Program-made: the position numbers and the translations under genes
Shown: piece by piece, positions 53,778-62,402 of the stretch
Layout: every line of letters begins with the position of its first letter
Numbering within the stretch: position 1 is the stretch's first letter
Origin: an uncultured Chloroflexia bacterium
GTDB lineage: Bacteria > Chloroflexota > Anaerolineae > CG2-30-64-16
Assembly: GCA_963774265.1 (NCBI GenBank)
Contig: CAVZDU010000008.1
Span: 192,001-256,000 of the forward strand
Direction of reading: 5' to 3'
DNA: 64,000 nt
Notes under the pieces: model-generated
What the model was told of the DNA's origin: nothing
The model's input: only the letters and a program-made list of their open reading frames with translations
Databases searched by the model: none

Positions 53778-54608
53778 ATGCTATATCTTTCACAATGGTG
53801 GGCAACAGCCCCAATTCGTCTTGCAAAGATGCAGATAATGGAAGACTTTCACGGATCAGAGTCTGGGGGTATCGCGCAGCCCGACTTGCGAATTTACCTG
53901 TTAGGACCCTCCTGGATCGCATGGCGGGACCAGTCACTCTCGATTCAGCGGCGCCAGGCGCGCGCGTTGCTCTATTGTCTCGCGGCCAAACGTGAGCCGG
54001 TTCCGCGCGACCAGATCTGTTTCGGCTTCTGGCCTGACGAATACGACGCTAAGTCACACCGTAACCTCAGCCATCTCCTGAGCCATCTGCGCAAGGCGCT
54101 TCCCGATCCCAGCGTACTGCGTAGTGTCAACGACATCCTGGAGTTGGATCCACAACGGGTGTGGTGCGATGCAGCCGAGTTCCGTGACGCTTGCACTGAT
54201 TTGGATGTGCGCAACTGGCAACGGCTTGAGCAGGCCGTTCAATTGTACCGCGGCCCATTTCTCTCCGGAATGTCTCTTCCTCACGCACCCGAGTTCGAAC
54301 TCTGGGTGAGCGGGCAGCGCAGCATGCATGAGCGCCTCCTGCTCGATGCAATTAAGGTGCTCATCGGTACAGAAACCACCCAGGTCGACTACGCTCGGGC
54401 TATCCAGTACGCGCGCATGTACCTGGGCGTGGATGAAATGGCGGAAGACATCCACCGACGCCTCATGGTGTTACATTTGCTGAACGGCGACCGCCCAGCC
54501 GCCCTGCAACAGTACCAGCGCTGCGTGGCCATTCTCAAGCGCGAGCTGGGCGTCGACCCTCTTCCCGAGACCCGCGCTATCTACGAGGCCATCCGCCACC
54601 AGGCCTGA
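53778..54608 (+). CDS. SARP-family activator (wHTH plus BTAD only)
   Basis: LRIYLLGP, ALLYCLA, FWPD, LSHLRKAL, LYRGPFL, EDIHRRLM, ELGVDPLPET; start may be 53829 or 53838. Confidence 0.9.
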   Translation: MLYLSQWWATAPIRLAKMQIMEDFHGSESGGIAQPDLRIYLLGPSWIAWRDQSLSIQRRQARALLYCLAAKREPVPRDQICFGFWPDEYDAKSHRNLSHLLSHLRKALPDPSVLRSVNDILELDPQRVWCDAAEFRDACTDLDVRNWQRLEQAVQLYRGPFLSGMSLPHAPEFELWVSGQRSMHERLLLDAIKVLIGTETTQVDYARAIQYARMYLGVDEMAEDIHRRLMVLHLLNGDRPAALQQYQRCVAILKRELGVDPLPETRAIYEAIRHQA

Positions 54609-54703
54609 AAAATCGATCTGAACCTCCACCGTGATGGCTTGGGATGTCCCTGAACCCGAGGTGCAACCTCAGCCGTCACTGCGCGTAATCCCCACGCCTC
54701 GCT

Positions 54704-54846
54704 CCGTAGACATTTTGTAGACGTTTTGTAGCCAGCCCGTGGTCGTCCCGTTACCTTGCTGTAGTCATTTTGTAGCTCCTTCGTAGTCAAATCGTCGCCA
54801 TTTCGGAGATGTTGTGGAGCCATCTCGCGGACGGTTTGGACCTCCT
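54704..54846 (+). repeat. Thirteen contiguous degenerate 11-bp direct repeats (consensus about YYGTAGHCRTT)
   Basis: GTAG cores at 54706, 54717, 54728, 54761, 54772 and 54783, with variants at every other 11-bp step. Confidence 0.85.
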
Positions 54847-54864
54847 CAAGCGCGACACTAACAT
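54836..54864 (+). promoter_or_regulatory. Promoter overlapping the last repeat unit
   Basis: TTGGAC(54836)-N17-TAACAT(54859). Confidence 0.55.
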
Positions 54865-54913
54865 CGACATGCGTGCACGTCCCTGTTGTCGCGGTCATAT
54901 TCGGGAGGTCGCC

Positions 54914-55324
54914 GTGAGAACGCCCCTTCCTCTGTCTCACTCCAATGCAACCCGGGCGATCAGGTCAAACCCCGGTTTGGCACGTTGGGGCGCCATCTTC
55001 CACATCACCAGGGAACGCCGGCAAGTTCTCCTGGACAGGCTCGCCGCGTTCGCAGTGCTCCTCCTGGTTCTGGCCACGCTCACAATGTTTGCCCTGTATG
55101 TGGCGCACGAATTACCTGGCTGGCGCGCAGGGCAGATCAGCGGCTTTGAAAGCATGTCGGCGCCCGCCATGTCAGACAGTCTTCTATCCGCAGCGCCCAC
55201 TTCCGCTGCTCAGACGACCACTCTGAGTCGAGTTCCGCTGGTGCTGATTTCGATAGCTATAGAGATGGCGATCTTCGTCGGGCTAGGCCTTTATCTGCGT
55301 CATGAAATGAATCGATTGCCCTGA
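54914..55324 (+). CDS. Small two-TM hypothetical protein
   Basis: GTG after GGAGG; two hydrophobic helices around a Ser/Ala/Pro-rich loop. Confidence 0.65.
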   Translation: MRTPLPLSHSNATRAIRSNPGLARWGAIFHITRERRQVLLDRLAAFAVLLLVLATLTMFALYVAHELPGWRAGQISGFESMSAPAMSDSLLSAAPTSAAQTTTLSRVPLVLISIAIEMAIFVGLGLYLRHEMNRLP

Positions 55325-55520
55325 CCGTGCTTGAGTGCAGCCCTCGGCCGCGATTTCTGGTCGACCTGCGCCACCCCATCACGATAGTTGAACACTTCAG
55401 CCAAGGCCAACACCTCCGTCGCTCCACCACGACCTTCATCCGCGTTCACACGAACTAGATCGTCCGAACGGGGTCATCATCCTCAAAGAAAATGCGGCGC
55501 TTCGTGCTATAATACACGCT

Positions 55521-57572
55521 ATGGACGCCGTTGCCTGGTTCTTTACACAGAATTTAGTTTTCGTTTACTTCTTCTACGGGCTTGCGTTCTTCGGTCTCGG
55601 GCTGGTTGTGTTGCTCGAGTCGGGCCGCGCGTCGGAGTTCCGCTTTGCACGCGCGCTGCGTCCCCTGGCATGGTTTGGTCTGGTGCACGGGGCGCACGAG
55701 TGGTTCGAGATGTTCCAAATTTTCGCGGCTGGGCGAAGCAATTATAGCCCGGGGCTTGTCGAAGAGATCATTCGCCTGGGCACGCTACTTCTATCTTTCG
55801 TGCTGCTGCTCGTCTTCGGCACGCGGCTGCTGCCTGGCGCCGAGAATCACCCGAAGGCCAGCAACTTGCAGGTGCTCACCATGGCCCTGCTCTGGCTCCT
55901 GGCGGTAGGTTTCGTCGCCTGGCGCTACCGGCCCGATCTCAAACAACTTTTCGTCGCCGCCGATGTGCTGGCCCGGTACAGTCTCGCCATACCCGGTTCA
56001 CTGCTCGCGTCATGGGCGCTTCTCCGCGAGCGCCACGACTTCCACGCACGCGGCATGAGCCAGTATGGCGGCTCTCTGCTATGGGCAGGCCTGGCATTCG
56101 CCGTGTATGGGGTGATTGGCCAGATCTTTGTCAAGTCGAGCCTGGTTTTCCCCTCCCAGACGGTCAACACCGCGCTTTTCATCCGCACCTTTGGCTTCCC
56201 GGTGCAGCTGTTGCGTGCCATGGCGGCCGCGGGCCTTACCTTTCACCTAGGCAAGGCACTTCGTGCGTTCGAAGCCGAGAGCCGGATCCGTCTCGCGCGC
56301 GCAAACAAGGCTCGAATCGAGGCCCAGGCCGCTGCGCTGGCCGAACAGCAACGCCGGGTAGACGAGGTCCAGGCGCTGAACACGGTGCTCCAGGCAACGA
56401 CTAGCGAATTGGCCTCGCTGGTCGATATGTCCCGCATCCTCTCATCCGCACTGGATCTCAGGCAGATTTCAGGCGCAGCGCTGAGGCACGTTGTCCATAG
56501 CTTCGAGCGTGGCTGCTGCGCAGTCGTCTTCCTGCGCAGGCCTGATGGCGGCTATGAACTACTCCGTGCTTATCGGCGACCCCAGGCGCCCATGCCGGCG
56601 ATCCCGCCGCCGGTGACTGAATTGAGCGTACACGCCACCGAAGCTTCCGGCCCCGTGGGTGCAGGACTGGACGGCCACGTGGTCGTTCTCGGACCAGACG
56701 GCTTCGCGGGGGGAAAGCGCTATCGATCGCTCGGTGTACCATTGAACGCCAAGGGGCAAACCTTCGGCGCGCTGGCACTGTCGTCGGCGCACGAAGAGGA
56801 ACCGTTGGGCAGCGACGAGCTGCGTCTGCTCACGGCATTCGGACAGCAGTTCGCCACGGCCATCGATAATGTGCGACTCCACCAAGTGGTGCAAGAGCGC
56901 GAGACCCAACTCGAGGAATTGGTGCGCAAGTTGGTCCACGCACAGGAGGATGAACGGCAGCGCATTGCGCGCGAACTACACGACGAAACCGGGCAAAAGC
57001 TGACCGCATTGGGAATGGGTCTGGCCGCTGTGGAAACCACCCTCAGCACGGGCGATCTGATTCGCACCAACGGTCTGCTTCGCAATCTGCGCGAAATGAG
57101 CGATCAGGCCATTACCGAGCTGCGCAATATCATGGCCAATCTGCGGCCCGCGCAACTCGACGACCTGGGCCTCGCACCGGCCCTGCGCTGGTACTTAAGT
57201 CAACACCAGGCGCGCTACCCGACCACCCACGTGCAGCTGAATATTGAAAAACTGCCTGGTCGCTTGCCTCCCGAACACGAAACGATACTATTCCGGGTAG
57301 TTCAGGAGGCCCTGACAAACATACAGCGGCACGCGCAGGCCACCCAAGTTAGTCTGAATCTGGCGCAAAATCGTTCTTCCGTACGGTTGGAGATGATCGA
57401 CAATGGTGTGGGTTTCGATCCGAAGCAGCCGCCTCGCCACGAACCCGGGTCTGGGCTGGGCTTACCGGGCATGCGTGAACGCGTTGCGTTGGTGAACGGC
57501 CGGCTGGAGGTCGACTCGGCGCCTGGCAAAGGCACGCGCATCGTGGTGGAGCTGCCATTGCGTGAGGTGTAG
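55521..57572 (+). CDS. Multi-TM, GAF-domain histidine kinase (HisKA_3, NarX/UhpB type)
   Basis: About seven N-terminal TMs, GAF, QEDERQRIARELHDE, QEALTN, DNGVGF, GLGLPGMRER. Confidence 0.93.
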   Translation: MDAVAWFFTQNLVFVYFFYGLAFFGLGLVVLLESGRASEFRFARALRPLAWFGLVHGAHEWFEMFQIFAAGRSNYSPGLVEEIIRLGTLLLSFVLLLVFGTRLLPGAENHPKASNLQVLTMALLWLLAVGFVAWRYRPDLKQLFVAADVLARYSLAIPGSLLASWALLRERHDFHARGMSQYGGSLLWAGLAFAVYGVIGQIFVKSSLVFPSQTVNTALFIRTFGFPVQLLRAMAAAGLTFHLGKALRAFEAESRIRLARANKARIEAQAAALAEQQRRVDEVQALNTVLQATTSELASLVDMSRILSSALDLRQISGAALRHVVHSFERGCCAVVFLRRPDGGYELLRAYRRPQAPMPAIPPPVTELSVHATEASGPVGAGLDGHVVVLGPDGFAGGKRYRSLGVPLNAKGQTFGALALSSAHEEEPLGSDELRLLTAFGQQFATAIDNVRLHQVVQERETQLEELVRKLVHAQEDERQRIARELHDETGQKLTALGMGLAAVETTLSTGDLIRTNGLLRNLREMSDQAITELRNIMANLRPAQLDDLGLAPALRWYLSQHQARYPTTHVQLNIEKLPGRLPPEHETILFRVVQEALTNIQRHAQATQVSLNLAQNRSSVRLEMIDNGVGFDPKQPPRHEPGSGLGLPGMRERVALVNGRLEVDSAPGKGTRIVVELPLREV

Positions 57573-57609
57573 GTTTGGTTCTGAAGGAACACTTCGTTGA
57601 GAGGACAAC

Positions 57610-58275
57610 ATGGCGCACACGCGAGTCTTACTAGTCGACGATCACGCCGTCGTGCGCGCCGGGCTGCGAATGCTGCTCGCGGCCGACGCGGAACTAGAGA
57701 TCATCGGGGAGGCCGAGAACGGGGCGCAAGGCATCCAGAGGGCCGATGAGTTGCAGCCCGACGTGGTGCTAATGGACATCTCCATGCCCGACATGAACGG
57801 GATCGAGGCGACGCGCCGTATCAAGGCGCAACACCCCGAGATCGCCGTGCTCGCCCTCACCATGCATGAAGATGACCAGTACTTCTTCGAGATGTTGGCT
57901 GCAGGGGCTTCCGGCTATGTACCCAAAAGGGCCGCGCCCAACGACCTCATCAGCGCGATTCATGCGGTGCGCGGGGGCGGCATGTTCCTGTTCCCATCGC
58001 TGGCGCGGTCACTGGTGCAGGACTACCTCCACCGCCACGAGCAACCCGGCACTGAAGCAACCCCGAAAGGTTTTGAAGATCTCACAGATCGCGAACGCGA
58101 GGTGCTGGCGCTCATCGCGGAAGGCCGCTCGAACCAGGACATCGCCGACGCGCTAGTGATCAGCATTAAGACGGTCAACCGTCACCGCGAGAATATCATG
58201 GCCAAACTAAACCTGCACAGCCGGGTCGAGTTGGTCCGTTACGCCATCGAAAAGGGACTTATTGATCTCAAGTAG
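57610..58275 (+). CDS. NarL/LuxR-family response regulator
   Basis: VDDH, MDISMP, LTMH, LTDREREVL, TVNRHRENIMAKL. Confidence 0.95.
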   Translation: MAHTRVLLVDDHAVVRAGLRMLLAADAELEIIGEAENGAQGIQRADELQPDVVLMDISMPDMNGIEATRRIKAQHPEIAVLALTMHEDDQYFFEMLAAGASGYVPKRAAPNDLISAIHAVRGGGMFLFPSLARSLVQDYLHRHEQPGTEATPKGFEDLTDREREVLALIAEGRSNQDIADALVISIKTVNRHRENIMAKLNLHSRVELVRYAIEKGLIDLK

Positions 58276-58296
58276 CTCCTGACACCACGTCACCTA

Positions 58297-58420
58297 GTCC
58301 CACTTGTGGGTGATGCATGTTCTCTGCGCCCTCCGCGTCCTAAACGGAGCACCCCTTGTGAACTGTGATCGACCAGCATCCCCCACGCGTGGGTAATCCA
58401 CCCCATGCCCAAGATGGGTA
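58297..58420 (+). promoter_or_regulatory. Three NarL-type inverted heptamer sites
   Basis: GTCCCAC-TT-GTGGGTG (58297), CCCCCAC-GC-GTGGGTA (58380), TGCCCAA-G-ATGGGTA (58406). Confidence 0.55.
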
Positions 58421-58529
58421 TACCACCCGATTTATTTCCCTCTCTCCCGGTGCTAAGCTAGAGCCAGATCGTGAAGCAGTATGCGTAGGGGTAAGTCCGG
58501 AAGGACGTTCCCATATGAGGAGAAGCCCC

Positions 58530-58646
58530 ATGGAAACTCTCGTCATGTTGCTCGGTGTGGTGCTCCGGCTGGCAATTCCGCTGGGGCTGTTGACCGTTCT
58601 AAGTACGGGTATGCGCCGCTGGGATTCCCAGCGCAGCCATGCCTGA
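58530..58646 (+). CDS. 38-aa single-TM peptide
   Basis: AGGAGA RBS; METLVMLLGVVLRLAIPLGLLTVLSTGMRRWD resembles the N-terminus of the next gene. Confidence 0.6.
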   Translation: METLVMLLGVVLRLAIPLGLLTVLSTGMRRWDSQRSHA

Positions 58647-58671
58647 TCCAGAAGGATCAAGGGAGGAAGCC

Positions 58672-59160
58672 ATGATTTCTTTCACTGACATCGCCGTCGT
58701 ACTGGGCATGATGTTCCTACGCGTGGGTGTTCCCGCCCTGGTCGTCGTTGCGCTAGCCTACGGACTCAAGCGGCTCGATAAGCGTTGGGAGGCCGAGGCG
58801 CGTGAGGAACAAGCCAGGATGGTCGACCACGAGGTGCAGCCCACTGTGCCGGTCGCGCCGGTCCGCCGACCTTCGAAGCAGCCGACTCCTCGGCCGTTGC
58901 CCTTCATCCCGCCGCCGGCCGTCAATAAGGAACAGCGCCCCGGTGTGTATCTCCAGCCAGGCCTGGTAGCTCCTGTGGGCCTGTCCGCTGCGTCCAAGCA
59001 TTGCTGGGACGAGAAGGGTTGCAGCGACACCAAGAAGGCATCCTGCGCGGCTCCAGGTCACCCCGATCAGCCGTGCTGGCAAGCACGGTTCAACGCCGAA
59101 GGGCAAGTGCCCGAAGAATGCGTGGGTTGCGATATCTTCCAACACCTGCCAACGATGTAG
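58672..59160 (+). CDS. Membrane-anchored Cys-rich two-CW domain protein
   Basis: GGAGG RBS; N-terminal TM, Pro-rich linker, HCWDEKGC-x6-C...PCWQ...CVGC. Confidence 0.75.
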   Translation: MISFTDIAVVLGMMFLRVGVPALVVVALAYGLKRLDKRWEAEAREEQARMVDHEVQPTVPVAPVRRPSKQPTPRPLPFIPPPAVNKEQRPGVYLQPGLVAPVGLSAASKHCWDEKGCSDTKKASCAAPGHPDQPCWQARFNAEGQVPEECVGCDIFQHLPTM

Positions 59161-59184
59161 ACCGCACGGCCGAGGAGAACAACG

Positions 59185-60051
59185 ATGATGCATCGCATGT
59201 TGAACCGAAGTTGGCTGGTCGTTGTCCCGACCGTACTGCTCCTGATACTGGCGCTCGGATTGACCAGCACGTCAAAGGCAGCCCCTGCAGCGGGTATGGT
59301 CAATCCGCAAGCCCAGACACCCGAGACACCGGTTTGCGCGACATGTCACGCCCAGGAAGAGACGGAATGGCAGGCGAGCCCCCACGCGAAGGCGGGCGCG
59401 ACCTGCGAATCGTGCCACGGCGCATACAAAGAGGGGCACCCCGCAGGGGAAACCATGACGCTGCCGATGGAGTCGGAGACATGTCAAACGTGCCACACGG
59501 ATGCCTTCAATCAGTGGGAGGCCAGCGCCCATACGGTTGTTGGCGTGGACTGCTTTGACTGTCACAAGGCTCACACCCAGGGCCTGCGCATCGAACCCCT
59601 GGAAAAACTGTGTTCAGCCTGCCACACCAAGGAAGAGACCCAGTTGGCACATGGGATCCACGGAATCAGTGGTATTGCATGCGCGAGCTGCCACATGAGC
59701 CAACAATTGAAGGCCGATGCGAAGGATAGCACCGACAAGATAAGCAACCATACCTTCACCGTCGCTTCCGACGTGTGCGCTCGCTGCCATACAAATGCTA
59801 TTCATGGTGCTGAGAGCGCAACCAAGGCGACGACCGAGACTCAGGCCGAAACCGAAGCCGCGGCCCTCGAGCGCCAGGACCGCCGTGTGGCCGAGTTGGA
59901 GCAGCAGGTAATGGATTCCTCGCAACAAGTCGAGCGCCTACAGAATCTTGCGATCATTGGCATGGGTCTGGCACTCGGAGTCGGCGGGATGGTTGGCCTG
60001 GTCATCGGCGTGGCAGTAATGACCCTGATAAGCAGGAGAAAGCAGTCATGA
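59185..60051 (+). CDS. Seven-heme cytochrome c with coiled coil and C-terminal TM anchor
   Basis: Signal peptide, 7 CxxCH motifs, coiled coil, TM. Confidence 0.92.
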   Translation: MMHRMLNRSWLVVVPTVLLLILALGLTSTSKAAPAAGMVNPQAQTPETPVCATCHAQEETEWQASPHAKAGATCESCHGAYKEGHPAGETMTLPMESETCQTCHTDAFNQWEASAHTVVGVDCFDCHKAHTQGLRIEPLEKLCSACHTKEETQLAHGIHGISGIACASCHMSQQLKADAKDSTDKISNHTFTVASDVCARCHTNAIHGAESATKATTETQAETEAAALERQDRRVAELEQQVMDSSQQVERLQNLAIIGMGLALGVGGMVGLVIGVAVMTLISRRKQS

Positions 60052-60944
60052 GTAACAGAGTCTCGCGACGCCAATTCTTGAAGCTGTCAGCCGCGGCGAT
60101 GGGCGGCGCAGCACTCGCAGGGAATGCAGCGCTGCCTGCCGGCGCCTCGTCGGGCGTTGACCCGGCCAAGGTGCCCAGTATGCTCATCGACATCAGCCGC
60201 TGCGTGGGTTGTGGCAACTGCCAGAGGTCGTGCATCGAAGCCAACAATCTGCATCCGACAACCGAGCAGGTGAAAAAACTGACCTGTGAGAACCTCACCT
60301 ACCTGGAGAAGGTCGAGCTCGAAGGCGGCAAGACTCGCTACGTAAAGCGACAGTGCATGCACTGCCTGGACGCGGCATGCGCCTCAGCGTGTCCGGTGGT
60401 CGCACTCCATCAAACCGTGGAAGGACCCATCGCCTATCGAGCCAACCGCTGCTTGGGATGCCGGATGTGCATGGTCGCTTGCCCATTCGGTGTGCCGACC
60501 TTCGAATGGAACGACGGGCTGACGCCCGAGATCCGCAAGTGCATGTTCTGCATCGAACGCCAACGAGAAGGTGAGCTGCCAGCATGCGTCTCGAATTGCC
60601 CATCGGGCGCATTGAAATTCGGCACAAGAGATGAGCTACTGCAAGAAGCGCATGCTCGCATTGCAGCTAACCCCGACCATTACGTCAATCACGTCTTCGG
60701 TGAGCACGAAGCGGGGGGGACCGCCTGGCTGTATATTTCGGACACACCGTTCGAGATGCTTGGCTTCCGCACCGATGTGACTCAGCGCGAAGTGCCCGCT
60801 TACACATGGGACATTATGTCGAAACTCCCGGCCGTGGTGGGCAGCCTGGCTGTGGTGCTGACTGGGGCTTCGATAATGACGCGAAAGAAGAACGGCCACC
60901 ACGACGACACTCCGCCGTGGGAGCGCGAGGAAGAACACAAGTAA
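60048..60944 (+). CDS. Tat-exported 4Fe-4S dicluster protein (HybA/HmcB-like)
   Basis: SRRQFLK; CVGCGNCQRSC, CMHCLDAACASACP, CLGCRMCMVACP, KCMFC...CVSNCP; GEHEAGGT. Confidence 0.92.
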   Translation: MSNRVSRRQFLKLSAAAMGGAALAGNAALPAGASSGVDPAKVPSMLIDISRCVGCGNCQRSCIEANNLHPTTEQVKKLTCENLTYLEKVELEGGKTRYVKRQCMHCLDAACASACPVVALHQTVEGPIAYRANRCLGCRMCMVACPFGVPTFEWNDGLTPEIRKCMFCIERQREGELPACVSNCPSGALKFGTRDELLQEAHARIAANPDHYVNHVFGEHEAGGTAWLYISDTPFEMLGFRTDVTQREVPAYTWDIMSKLPAVVGSLAVVLTGASIMTRKKNGHHDDTPPWEREEEHK

Positions 60945-60957
60945 AGGGAGCAGAACG

Positions 60958-62214
60958 ATGTTACAAGATATACTGATGCTTGGGGCGCTGTTCATCCTGC
61001 GCATCGCCGTGCCACTTCTGCTGGTCGTCGGCGTCGGTTACTCGCTGCTGCAGCGATTCTTTGCAGTCAAGCTAGATTTCTCGCCCAAGTTCTTCACCGG
61101 CGTCGGCCTGGTACTATGCATCTGGGCGGTTGCGGCCATCACCCTCATCCTGCGCTTCACCAGCGGACTGGGTGCGGTGACGAACCTGAGCGACGAATTT
61201 CCGCTCGGTCTGTGGATCGGTTTCGACGTGATGGCAGGCGCGATGCTGGGTGGCGGCGCGTTTGTGCTGGCCGGCCTGGTGTACGTGTTCGGACTGGAAC
61301 GCTATCGGCCCATCCTGCGCTCCACAATTCTGACTGCCTTCTTGGGCTACGCGCTCCTGGTCGTGGCGCTGTTGATCGACGTCGGCCGGCCACAGAATAT
61401 CCTGCTGATGCGTCCGGTGTACTTCCCGAACATCCACTCGGTTCTGTGGGAAGTGGCCATGTGTGTGTTGTGCTACACCACAGTGCTCGCGCTGGAGTTC
61501 ATGCCTGCGGTGTTCGAGCGGTTGCGGTGGCGACGGGCGTGGCAAATCACGCACAAGATCACCCTGCCTCTGGTGATTATCGGCATCTTGTTGTCAACGA
61601 TGCACCAGTCATCGCTCGGTTCACTGTGGGTGATCGCACCCGGCAAGCTGCACCCCCTGTGGTATTCGCCCTTCCTTCCAGTACTCTTCTGGATCTCGGC
61701 AATGACGGTTGGGCTGGGGATGGTAGTCGTCGAATCTAACCTGAGCGCGCGGGGCTTAAAGCGAGGCCTGGAACAGAATCTGCTCGCCAGCCTGAGCAAG
61801 GCCAACGCAGGATTGCTGGCGCTCTACGCGATCGCGAAACTGGTTGACGTCGCCTGGCGCGGCCAGGCCGTGTACCTCACCCAACCCAGCCTGCATACGC
61901 TGCTATGGTGGGTCGAGGTCGGGATAGGCGCAATTGTGCCGGCCATTCTGATGTCACGGCCGAAGGTTCGAGAGAACAAAAATGCTCTCTTCGCGGTCGC
62001 TACGCTGGTCGTATTCGGCGGCATTATGAACCGGCTGAACGTGAGCGTCTTCGGCATGTGGGCCTACACCGGACCTGTGTATGTGCCGTCGTTGATGGAG
62101 ATCATCCTCACGGTGGCGATGTTCACCTTCGGTGCAGCCGTGTTTGCCGTGGCGACACGCTACCTGCCGGTCTTCCCCAAGGAAGAAGCAGCTGCAGAGA
62201 CGGTGCAGGCATAG
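60958..62214 (+). CDS. NrfD/HybB-family quinol-interacting membrane subunit
   Basis: GLGAVTNLSD, GLWIGFD, DVGRP, SVLWEV, MHQSSLG, RLNV, YVPS. Confidence 0.92.
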   Translation: MLQDILMLGALFILRIAVPLLLVVGVGYSLLQRFFAVKLDFSPKFFTGVGLVLCIWAVAAITLILRFTSGLGAVTNLSDEFPLGLWIGFDVMAGAMLGGGAFVLAGLVYVFGLERYRPILRSTILTAFLGYALLVVALLIDVGRPQNILLMRPVYFPNIHSVLWEVAMCVLCYTTVLALEFMPAVFERLRWRRAWQITHKITLPLVIIGILLSTMHQSSLGSLWVIAPGKLHPLWYSPFLPVLFWISAMTVGLGMVVVESNLSARGLKRGLEQNLLASLSKANAGLLALYAIAKLVDVAWRGQAVYLTQPSLHTLLWWVEVGIGAIVPAILMSRPKVRENKNALFAVATLVVFGGIMNRLNVSVFGMWAYTGPVYVPSLMEIILTVAMFTFGAAVFAVATRYLPVFPKEEAAAETVQA

Positions 62215-62231
62215 CAGTACCGTTGGGGGAG

Positions 62232-62280
62232 GCACACGCCCGGCTGGGAGCCTTCACGAGGGAGGCGGCCGGGCGTGTGC
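62232..62280 (+). terminator. 13-bp stem hairpin after the redox operon
   Basis: GCACACGCCCGGC / GCCGGGCGTGTGC. Confidence 0.5.
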
Positions 62281-62325
62281 GCGTCTGGAGACCTCAATGA
62301 GAAACCCTTTCTGGCTCTGAACCGC

Positions 62326-62354
62326 TTGGCATTAAATAGGGCGCGTTGTATAAT
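62326..62354 (+). promoter_or_regulatory. Sigma70-type promoter of the ABC operon
   Basis: TTGGCA-N17-TATAAT. Confidence 0.65.
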
Positions 62355-62402
62355 CCGGTGGCCTGAACCAAAAAACACGAGGCAACGCTGAGGTCACCGC
62401 AC

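Noticed and set aside
54704-54846. CRISPR array or plasmid iterons
   Set aside because: Units are 11 bp, contiguous and degenerate with no spacers; no cas or rep gene nearby
60048-62214. Hydrogenase-2 operon
   Set aside because: No NiFe small or large subunit in the operon; ABC transporter genes follow
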